The notes under the pieces are model-generated. The model had not been told where the DNA came from. It was given only the letters and a program-made list of their open reading frames with translations, and searched no databases. Made by a program: the position numbers and the translations under genes. A stretch of DNA of 64,000 bases from Blastocladiella emersonii ATCC 22665 (Eukaryota; Fungi; Blastocladiomycota): contig JANHCV010000002.1 of assembly GCA_025594325.1 (NCBI GenBank), forward strand, positions 1,922,001 through 1,986,000, read 5' to 3'. This document shows, piece after piece, positions 1 through 9,975 of the stretch (the first letter of the stretch is position 1; each line of letters starts with the position of its first letter).

Positions 1-1188
1 TCGAGCGTGGCGGGGATCCGCGCAAAGAAGTGGAACGGGTGCTCGGCCTCGGACCACGACGTTGGCCGGCGCTGCGCGAGCTCGGCGTCGAGCTGCGCCT
101 GCGACTGCGGGCGGCACTCGAGCATCACCGAGTCCTCGATGCCGTGTGCCGGGATGAGGTTGATGACGAGCACGAGCTACGGCGGCGTCGACTGGGATCA
201 GTTTCTCGATCACGCCACGGCACGGACTGATCCCAAGTCGCGTACCTTCCACAGCGCGGCCGCGCGGCTCTCGGGCGTAAAGGCCGTGTTCCACAGCTGG
301 GTGCGGTAGTGCGGCTGGTCGGCGATCCAGCGCAGCGTGTGCAGGATGGACCAGGTGTTCTCGGCGGGCACGGCGACGCGCGGGTACTTTCCGGGCAGGC
401 CGCCGACCCACGTGAAGATTTTCCGCGTGAGCGTGCGGTTGAAGAGGAACTCGTAGCTCCAGTTCTTCTTGAAGCCCTCGATCTGCCCGTCTACGTGGTG
501 ATGCAAGCGAGCACGGCAATCAGCAAATGAACCGCACGCGTGCGCAACTGCGCGTGCAACCGATCGACGTACCCGTGGGCCAAAACGGCGGAATGATGCG
601 CATCGCGACCATGACGACCATGAGCAGGAACTCGGCGCGCAGGTCCGCCGCCACGATGTAGTGCGACGTCTTGAACAGCTCCTTGTACACGCGGTCGTAC
701 AGCGGCCGCACCGCGCACATGGCGCGCACCAGGTCGAGCCCGGCCTGCAGCGCCGTCATGGTCGGTGGCCCGCTGGTCGCTGGCGTGGCCGTGGCCGCCG
801 CAGCCGCCGTGGATCGCAGTGGCGGAAGGGGCGCCGCCAGCGTCGCGTCGGCGTGCGCCGGTGATGGCGCGGCGGCAGCGTTGCCCGACTCGCCCGCGAC
901 GCCGGCCGTTCTACCGCCGCCGCCGCCCAGCCCCGACCGCGCGCGCGACCGCGACCGGCTGCTCGGCGGGACGGGGCCGACGCGCACGGGCGGCGACGTG
1001 GAGAGCGGGACCGAGGCAAGCGACGACGACGAGGAGTGTGCGCTCGGGACGGGCGACACGGCGGCCGAGGGGATCAGCGGGTACATCACGGCCGACGATG
1101 GCAATGGGGCCGTCGAGGGACGCAGCTGCATCGGCGCCGCAGCGGCGGCAGCAGGGGCAGCGGGGGCCAGGTGGTGATGGTGGATCAT
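1..1188 (-). CDS. Hypothetical multi-exon protein, runs off the left edge; Pro/Ala/Ser-rich N-terminus followed by an unrecognised globular region
   Basis: ATG at 1188 (MIHHHHLAP). ORFs 520..1188 and 210..506 are joined by GTACGT...TAG and GTACGC...TAG introns, and the frame continues (LVLVINLIPAHGIEDSVML...) to position 1. Confidence 0.65.
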
Positions 1189-2764
1189 GATGTCGTGGGC
1201 CGGCGTCGAAACGTGTCGAGAGCGAGGGAGGAGAGAGATGGAACACGAGAGGCCCGTCGATGCGCGTGGAAATGGGGCTCAGCGGCGGACGGTCGAAATG
1301 AGCGAGCGACCTTCGCGGGAGAAGTCGCCAAGCCGGATGACGGGCGTGGCGCGGTAATGTTGGGCGCCGAGGTCGAGGTCAGAGTCACGTCGAGCTGTTG
1401 ACGATACTCGGGACGAGCCGGCAAGCGGGGATGGAGGGAGAGAGGGAGGGCCGGAAACCGCGGGAGCCAGGGAGTAGACGGCGAGGACGCCGGCGGCGCG
1501 GACAAGAATAGCGGGCGCGCGAGAGGCGAGCGCGAGGGTCGGGTGGGTACACGGACGACAGCGTGGGGCAGGAGAGAGGAGAGAGGTGCTGCAATGGTTG
1601 AGCAGAGGGGCGAGCGAGTTGAGGGCCGCGGAGAAAAGGGTCGCAGTGCGATCGAATCGGCCGTTGTTCGGAGCAGCGCGGCGCGTGTGCTTGCGGCGCA
1701 GCGCGTCGTCACTCGGTGAGTGCAACCGTGATAGCCTGGACAAGGCGCGGGCCGGAAATGAGCGCTGAGAGGACAAGGCCGTGCTTATGAGCTGTACATA
1801 CGGTGCCAAGGACCACTGTGTGAAGGGTCCAGAGGAGAAGTGTTAAGGTGCCTCAACAACGAGGGCGCAGCGATGCTTATGTAGGCGAGGTCGGCGAGGT
1901 CGGAGGTCGGCGACGAGTCACCACGACGCAGTCGTTCCAGCTGGTTCGAGTTGCGCCCTGTGCGCGGCGCGGCGAGGGAGATTGGGATCGTGGCACTCGG
2001 CGGGCCGTATGATCGCGGAGGGTGCCGACCAGTGGTGCGGCGAAGCGCTGGGAGATGGCCACGCGCGAGACACGCGGCCGCGCCAGCCACGTACGCACTC
2101 GGCCCTTGTCCGAGCACCCCCGAGGACCCCAACCATACGTGGCAAGGCAAAAATACGGCCTTGACCGCTCCGCGCGACCAAGGCGTAGCGCGCAGGCTTG
2201 ATCAACACCGACCGATTCGTCATGGACGCAGGAAGGCAGAAAGTTCGCGGGCTTGCCCGGCGCCCCGGGCGCGCGGAACGCCCTCAGCCTCACTTCCACG
2301 CGTTGCGCCATTCTGCGAGCGATTATTTATAGCCGCGCTTGAGCTACTCCACGAAGACAGCTTGGAGCAGTCCTTCGCGATCGCGAGCGAATCCGGTGGT
2401 CGCGTCGCGAAAACACGTGTGGGTCGCGTGGCACTGCGAGACATGCGAGACGCGCCGCGCGCGCCGGCCCGAGCAAGCGCGCAGGAGGCCGCCGCGGAGG
2501 TGATGGCGTGGTTGCGGGAGACGTCTACATTATTACCCGGCAACGGTTTGGCCCGCGAAATCACGATCCAGAGCCACGACCGCTCCCCCGTTCTGTCAGT
2601 CGATGCAGCAGTCTCGCCGTTGCCGCATGTAACTTTGGGCCTCCCCCTTTGGCCGCGCTCTAGTTCCCTTTCACTCGCTCCGTGGGAGGCGCATGCAACA
2701 CACCTCCACCACCACACAGCACCGATCCTTGTGAATACCATCATCACCCGTCGTCGTCGCCACC

Positions 2765-4049
2765 ATGCCGCTCGAGCTGCTCGGCAAGCTCATGAAGCGC
2801 AAGTCCAAGGTGGCGCTTGGCGTGGACACGGCCTCGACCACACCGAGCTCGACCTTGCAGCGAGGTCCGTCCGCTCCTTGAGTTGTGGGCGAACCCGATC
2901 TCATCCCTGACCGTGCGTGTAGACCGCAGCGACAGCATCGCGAGTCGCACGCTGACGCCGGCGTCGCCGCTCTCGCCGGCCTCGCCAGCCACGGCTCCCG
3001 CGAAACTCAGCACCAGCGGCACGAGCACCACGCTTGCCGCCATCGACCCGGCCGTCCTCGAAGCCATCAGCTCGCTGGGCGACCCGAGCAATGTGACGCT
3101 GCGCGACATCTTCATCGACCCGCGCACGTCGCCCGCGCTGCTCCCGCTCTTCCACGACTGCGCCAACGACTACTTCATGACCGAGACGGTCGCCTTCTAC
3201 GAGGCCTACCTCGACCTGCGCCGCGCCGCGCAGCCCGAGTTCCTGCCGTCGATCCTCCAACCGTCGCTCGCCAACTCGAGCCCGACTACGCTCGACACCG
3301 TGCGCCGCCGCCGCTCGTCCGCGGCCGTGAACACGGGCAAGAGCAACCAGGCCATTGACGCGAGCACGCCGTCCGTGAACGCGGGCGGGGCGGCAGCCGC
3401 ACCAAGCGCGGCGGGCAAGCCCGACTCTGTGCCCGTCGTGGTGCAGGAGGTGTCCGAGACGCCCGTGTTCGTCATCGAACCCGTCGGCGGCGGCAGCGGT
3501 CTCCCCCCGACCAAGTCGAGCGGCGACGAGGAAGGCGGCGCCTCGGCCCTCGCGCACTCGCTCGCGCCCACGTCGTCGATGGTGACGTCGACCTCGATCA
3601 GCATCCTCACGCCCATCGCGTCGCTCGCCTCGTCGGCCGCCACGTCGAGCATCTCCATCTCGACGCAGGCCCTGGGTCCCGTCGACGTCGTCGCGGATCC
3701 GGGCACGCCGGCGCCGACGCCCGTGACGCCCGCCGCGTCGCCCACCGACACGCCCGCGGCGGACGTGGTCCTCGACCGTGCGACCGTGGCACGGCTCGTC
3801 GAGCACTACGTGGACCCCAAGTCGCCGACGTCGCTCAACCTGTCGGGCGCGCTGCGCAAGGCCGTCATGGAGGCCGCGGGCAAGGAGGCGGGCCCGTCGA
3901 CCAAGCAGATGGACATGGTCGGCAAGGAGGTCGGGCGGTCGATCCAGGGCAACCTGCTGCCGCGGTTTCGCGTCTACCTCACGGAGCGGCAGGCCGTGGC
4001 CATGCTCCAGGCCCAGGCCCAGGCGCGGTCGGGCGGGGTGTCTGTATAG
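2765..4049 (+). CDS. RGS-domain protein; RGS domain split by a long S/T/P/A-rich insert; join(2765..2864,2923..4049)
   Basis: ATG 2765 in CCACCATG context; intron 2865-2922 (GT..CTGAC..TAG) keeps frame. N-half is LRDIFIDP..F..ETVAFYEAY; C-half is LVEHYVDPKSPTSLNLS..R..EV..IQGNLLPRF. Confidence 0.75.
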
Positions 4050-4443
4050 TTGTCGGCGTGTCGCTGTTGTCAGAGCAATACATTGAACTTTTCGGCTGCT
4101 GTTGTCTCTCCGCGCTCCGTGGCTCGCGCACGGCAGCTGAGGACCGCCGATCGAGTTCATGCAGTGCATCGCGCGGCATGGGGAAGGTGAGGCGGCGCCA
4201 TGTGGCGCTGGCGCGGAGCTCCGTGGCGCCGTGCGCGCAGCCTGGCTCATATTATTGGGGTTGCATATGATTGGGGTTGCTAGGGAAAAAGAACAACAGA
4301 GCCCTGCCCGCTATCGCGGCACGTGCGAGGTGGATCGTAAGGAAAAACAACGCCGGCGCACCAGCCGCCGTCCTGCCCGCCGTCGCCCGCCATAAGTAGG
4401 CGGGCGGGGCCGCCCAGGTCTGCTCAGTCTCTTCAACTTGAAA

Positions 4444-6103
4444 ATGGCCACTGAGCGTCTCGTCCACCGTCACACCCTCGAGGGTATGCCGTCCGCCTTC
4501 ACCGCGGCGTCCGCGATGCATGCGGGGCTGGGATCACGGCGGCGGCGGCGGTGGTGGTGAGCGTGCGAGCGGATGGCTGGACGTGGCAACTCAAATCCGT
4601 CCGACCAGCCGCCGGCGACTCTCACTCCCTCACCACCACCCGCCGACCGACCGCCCGAAAAACCACCCCCCCCCCCCCCGCCATGCATCGCGACGACGCA
4701 CACGAAAAACCCATGCAATCGACCACTCGACGCTGACGCCGCCACCACGCACCTCTGCGCCGTCGTTTTCTCGCAGGCCACCGCGGCTGGGTCACCGCCG
4801 TCGCCACCTCCCAGGAGGCGCCCGACCTTCTGCTGTCGGCGTCGCGCGACAAGACGCTGCTCATCTGGCAGCTGACCCGCGACTCGCAGCAGTACGCGAT
4901 CGCGCGCCGCGCCCTGACCGGCCACAACCACTTCGTGCAGGAGATCGCCCTGTCGTCGGACGGCCAGTTCGCCCTGTCGGCCTCGTGGGACAAGACCCTG
5001 CGCCTGTGGGACCTCAACACCGGCAAGGCCACGCGCCGTTTCATCGGCCACACCAACGACGTCCTCTCGGTCTCGTTCTCGGCCGACAACCGCCAGATCG
5101 TGTCGGGCTCGCGCGACAAGTCGATCAAGCTCTGGAACACGCTCGGCGAGTGCAAGTACAACATCGAGTCGGCTCACACCGAGTGGGTCTCGGCCGTCCG
5201 CTTCTCGCCCAACCACCAGACCCCGATCATCGTCTCGGCCGGCTGGGACAAGCTCGTCAAGGTACGTTTGCTCTTTGCTCTCGCGTCGAGGAGGAGGACC
5301 GCGTGCGCGAGCCGTGGTAGCAGTAGCAGCAGGAGAGCAGGTAGCAGAAGAGCTCGCCGTCGTCCTCGTTGCGCGTCCCGATGACCGTGTACGCCTCGCG
5401 CGTATGCGGGACCCGGGGCGCGAGCCTGGAAATGATGGTTCTTTGAATATTTGCTACTTCAGATGGAGCAAGAGGCTCTAATGAGACTTGAAAAATCCAC
5501 ATTGCGTCTGATCCAGCCCGATGACCGACCGAACTCGACCTGCTACTTGATCTGCCTGCTGCCGCTGCCGCCTCGCCGTGCCGCGCGTCTACTTCCTCCC
5601 CGTCGACTCGCACTGACTCAAACTCGATCACTCACCCGCCCTCCCCCTCGCCCCCGCCATAGGTTTGGGACCTGACCAAGTTCAAGCTCCGCACCAACCA
5701 CATTGGCCACAAGGGCTACATCAACTCGATCACCATCTCCCCCGATGGCTCGCTCTGCGCCTCGGGCGGCAAGGACGGCATCCCCATGCTCTGGGACCTC
5801 AACGACGGCAAGCACCTGTACTCGCTCGACGCCGGAGAGGAGATCCACGCCCTGACCTTCTCGCCCAACCGCTACTGGCTGTGCGCTGCCACCACCACCG
5901 GCATCCGCATCTGGGACCTCCAGACCAAGACCCTGGTCACCGAGGCCATCGTTGGCGAGGACGACCTCCTCGAGGAGGGCGAGACCAAGAAGGTTGCCCC
6001 CACCCCCCTGTCGCTCACCTGGTCGCCCGATGGCACCACCCTTTTCGCCGGCTACACCGACAACACCATCCGCGTCTGGGAGCTCATCTCCTCGTCGCAG
6101 TAA
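4444..6103 (+). CDS. RACK1: RACK1/Asc1/Cpc2 G-beta-like WD40 ribosomal protein; join(4444..4483,4777..5261,5663..6103)
   Basis: Spliced translation [12 protein letters not shown]...SASRDKTL...[21 protein letters not shown]...[14 protein letters not shown]...[13 protein letters not shown]...[20 protein letters not shown]; splice phases are consistent. Confidence 0.97.
5426..5516 (+). ncRNA. U24: Box C/D snoRNA U24/snR24 in RACK1 intron 2
   Basis: Terminal stem CTGGA(5426-5430)/TCCAG(5512-5516); C box ATGATGG 5432-5438; D' CAGA 5460-5463; C' ATGAGA 5481-5486; D CTGA 5508-5511. D' guide TTTGAATATTTGCTACT is complementary to LSU rRNA AGUAGCAAAUAUUCAAA. U24 is known to be hosted in fungal ASC1/cpcB introns. 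Confidence 0.9.
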
Positions 6104-6678
6104 GGTGTTCTCGTCCGGTCCGGCCCTCGAGGTCACCGTGCGGTACGCGCTCACGCCTTCGCCGTCGAGTCCGTGTTGCTCAAGTAATACAGATTCGTCG
6201 TTGCCTTCCCCATCCCACCCTCGTCTCGTCTCCACTCTGAGGTACCCTTTCGACTTCATGCTGCTTGTGTCCTCGTCGCCCTCGTCCCTGTTCCCCTCGA
6301 TGCCCTTGTCGATGACGACTACTTTCTCATCCTTAATCTGAGCCCCGCGCCGGTCCTTCGGGCCGGGCCACATGAGCGGGGCCTGTATCGATCGTTTCTA
6401 AGCTAATCTTCTCTCTGAGACAACTGGCATCGATGGGACTCGGACATGTTTTGCTACTTTAGGGCCCGTTTGGTTCAGATCAGGTGGATCAGCTGAAAAA
6501 GTTGCCACGTTTCACCTCACCCCCGTTCATCTCAGCGGCCGTGCGAACCAAACGCCCCGCTGGATGAACGCCCCTCCCCCCCCCCGCAATAAAATCTTTC
6601 CCACCTCTTTGCAGCCGCACTTATTGCAACGAATCAACACCTAACCTCACGCATCGTGTTCTCGAGCCCTCAAACAAC

Positions 6679-7996
6679 ATGGGCAAGGGATACAACCGCA
6701 AGCTGCGCGGCCTCATGCTCACGGCCGCCCTCGCTCTCCTGCGACGTCTCGCTGCGCGCAACGAGCGCCGCTCGTGGGAGCCTATCCGCACGTCCACGCT
6801 TTCTGGCGAGTCGTGGGTTCAAGAGCTGCTGACGTGCAACAGCAAAACGCGTTTTTCGGAAATCGCCCGTATGCCCCGCGAGACCTTCAAGGCCATCTGC
6901 CGCCTGTTCCGCGACCGTGGCCTTCTCACCGACGGCCGCGAGCTGTCCGTCGAGGCGCGCTTCATGGTTTTTCTTGTCATGGCCGGCGAGGGCAGCACCA
7001 ACCGCAACCTCAGGGAGCGGTTCCAAATCTCTGGCGAGACCGCGTCCAGGGTTCTGAAGCAGGTGCTCGACGCTCTGTACCGCCTGATGCCCGAGTTCAT
7101 TGTCCAGCCGTCCGATTCTACGCCCGTGCATGAGCGCATCGCCCACGACCCGAAATACGCTCCGTTCCAGAACGCGGTCGGCGCGCTTGACGGAACGCAC
7201 ATCCCGTTTGTTGTGCCCGCCAAGCTTCACGACTCGTTCCGAAACCGCAAGGGGACCATCTCCTCAAATGTCCTCGCTGCCTGCGACTTTGACTTGAACT
7301 TCACCTACGTTCTCGCAGGGTGGGAGGGCAAGGCGCACGACTCGCGCGTGCTCTCGGACGCCTTCGCCCGTGGGTTCAAGATCCCCGCCGGCCGCTTCTA
7401 CCTCGCCGACGGCGGCTACGCAAACCGCACGTCCATCATCGTGCCCTTCAGCGGTACCCGCTATCATCTTCGCGAGTTTGCCCGCGGCAAGGATGGGTAC
7501 GTTCTCACTGCCATGACCATCACGTTGGCGCCATCTCATCTGCTTCACCAACGTACGTAGAGTTGAGAACAGCGAAGAGCTTTTCAATCTGCGTCACGCG
7601 TCGCTCCGCAACTCCATTGAGCATATCTTTGGCGTGCTCAAGAAGCGGTTCCGCGTCCTCTCGATTGGCGCGGCCTACCCAATCAAGACTCAAGTCAAGC
7701 TTGTGTACGCGCTCTGCACGCTGCACAACATGATCAACAAGTGGAACCAAGGCGGCGACGCCTTCTTTCGCGACGCCGAGACGGAGCTCCGGCGCGCGCG
7801 GGACGCGGCGCATGAGGCGCCAGTACGTGGGCGCGAGCCCCTGGACGACGAGAACGAGGAGGACGACGAGGCCGCTGTCCTCGAGGCCTCGCTGGACGGA
7901 GCTCGTCAGCGCGGTATCTCGCTTCGGAACCGCGTCGCAAATGTTCTTTGGACCGAGTACAGGCGCGTCATGGCCGCTCGTGGGACCCGTCTTTGA
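6679..7996 (+). CDS. Harbinger DDE transposase (DDE_Tnp_4/HARBI1-like), 417 aa; join(6679..7496,7561..7996)
   Basis: Catalytic motifs GALDGTHI, YLADGGY and RNSIEHIFGVLKKRF; the third motif is restored by splicing the 64-nt GTACGT...TAG intron. Confidence 0.93.
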
Positions 7997-8309
7997 AGGC
8001 GCGAAATAATTGTTGTACCCGCATGCATGCTGTAATATACTGATTTGTCAAGTACTATAATGTTATATAAGCGATTCTAGATGATTTGACGCGTCGCTGA
8101 GGTCAGAACGCATCGGTGGGGACGCGTCGATCAATCACGTGACGTGCGAGACACTTTGAGAACCACGCGTTTCTCAACGAGTCGCGTCATTTTCGAGCGA
8201 AGGGTAACGATTGAAGATACGATGGACACAAAGCCAGATGTATTGGACACAAATGGGCGAGAACAAGGCCAGGAAGCAACGCGAGGGGAGGGGGACATGT
8301 GCGAGAGAG

Positions 8310-9439
8310 CTACTGAATGAAAAACTCGAGGACGCGCTTGCGCTTCGATTCGGACACGGCCATGACGCGAAGCGTTTGATCCTCGGTCAGGCGGGTGGCG
8401 ACGTCGATCTGGTACTCTTCATTGTCATTGTACGCGTCCTGGACCCATTCAAGTGCGGCGGTCAGAACGGGCTTGGAGTCGGCGGTCGCGACGCTCTGGA
8501 ACACCTCCTTGATGCCCATGAGGAATTCCGAGTCCGAGAGGCGACGCGAGCTGCTGTCCGAAGTGCGGCTGCGCTTGCTGGCGGGGGCCGCGTCGTCTTG
8601 ACCATCAACACCTTCCACGGCACCAGACTCCTTGCCGTCCTGCTCGAGGTGCGAGTACTCGCCGGTGGCGGTCGAGCTGCCCCACAGCATGTTGGCCTTC
8701 TTGTAGTACGGGAAGGGCTTGCAGCCCGCAGTCAGCTCCTCCTTGAGCTCTGCCTACAATTGAAGCAGGCCAGGCGCTGTTAGCTCGCCGCGAGTTGACG
8801 CGTAACGATATTGAACAAACGTACCGAGAGATCGTTCCAGAACTCCTCTGGCACGTCGACCGTGCACTCACCCTCATTCCAGGTGCAGCCGTTGCCCGAG
8901 TACGACAGAAGCCGTTTTACGGCGCGAAAACAAGTGCGAAGCTGGAGCCGAACGCTGACGTTGTTAGCGCTACGGTTGACGCGTGTCCGCAAGACAAAGC
9001 GTACGTATGTCACGCGGTTCTTGACCTGCTCCGCCGTAAACTGCATGTTGAACTCGTCCGACAGGGCCTGGGCAATCGACACACGGTGCTGGGCCTTGAG
9101 CGTGTTGCTGTCGCCGAGCACGCCGTCGTCAGCGAGGTTGCAGAAGTGGTCGAGGAGGAAGTTGGTCGACGCGGAGCAGAAGGTGGCCTTGCCGCCGCTG
9201 GCCTTGCCGCTGCTGGCCTTGCTGCCACTGGCCTTGCGCTTGCTTGGCTTGGCGATGGTCACGGGCGGCAGCGGGTTGGTCGGCGTGACAGCAGCGTTGC
9301 CGTCGCTCCCAGCAGCGTCGTCATCTGCATCCTCGTCGCTATCGGCGGGCGGCGGCGGGATTTCGGGCACGTTCTTGACGATCTCCTCGATGGACATGGC
9401 CGTACGGCCAGCGCGCTTTTTGCTTGACGGGGGAGCCAT
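8310..9439 (-). CDS. Harbinger Myb/SANT-like DNA-binding protein, 331 aa; complement join(8310..8753,8825..8941,9005..9439)
   Basis: Lies inside the TIRs. Trihelix-like segment FLLDHF...AQALSDEF..FTAEQVKNRV..LRTCFRAVKRLL..SGNGCTWNE..VDVPEEFW..KPFPYY; two GT-AG introns keep the frame. Confidence 0.85.
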
Positions 9440-9500
9440 TCTTTTCGGCTTTGAGGGAGGACGGGGGAGAGAGAGCGAGTTACTTTGGAGGAAAACGGCG

Positions 9501-9508
9501 TTTATATA
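9501..9508 (-). promoter_or_regulatory. Putative TATA box (TATATAAA) of the Myb/SANT gene
   Basis: TATATAAA about 60 bp upstream of ATG 9439 in an otherwise GC-rich context. Confidence 0.45.
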
Positions 9509-9975
9509 GGCCGGGGAGCACAGCCTGAAGGTTTCGGGGGCGAGCAGACGGGCGATTCAGCGACGAGGGTTCCATTCAGCTCACCCGTGGGTTGAACCAA
9601 ACGCCGCGATGAACACGACGGGGTGAAAATGCCACGTTTCAGCTGGGTGAACACCGGACCGTGTAAAATCGATTGATCCACCTGATTCACCCCGGAACCA
9701 AACGGGCCCTTATTTGCTCGTGTTGCTGCCCTTGGTCGCGTCCAGGATGTCTCAACACGAAAAATCCGACCAGCGGCGACGCGTCGTTCATCGCGACGCG
9801 TGCGCGCGGCGGCGTGCGGACACGCATCGTAACTTCACCAACTTCTGGCTGAGACGGGACCGCGGGCAACGCGTGGGAGAAGGAGCGAGGATGAACAATA
9901 TATCTGTGTAAACCAAACAAAAAGGGGAGGGAGAGAGGAAGGGGGCGAGTATCGTCATCATCAAAAGTGAGCCGC

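Larger units (their letters stand above)
6462..9709. mobile_element. Autonomous PIF/Harbinger DNA transposon, 3248 bp, apparently intact
   Basis: Perfect 15-bp TIRs GGGCCCGTTTGGTTC (6462-6476) and GAACCAAACGGGCCC (9695-9709); TTA target duplication at 6459-6461 and 9710-9712; encodes a DDE transposase and a convergent Myb/SANT gene. Confidence 0.95.

Noticed and set aside
1951-2910. 319-aa ORF upstream of the RGS gene
   Set aside because: GTG start, no codon bias or motif, and it overlaps the true first exon in another frame; probably divergent-promoter DNA.
6679-7996. Possible Fanzor/TnpB or CRISPR-associated nuclease
   Set aside because: Motifs, TIRs and TTA duplication fit Harbinger DDE; no RuvC motifs and no repeat-spacer array anywhere in the window.
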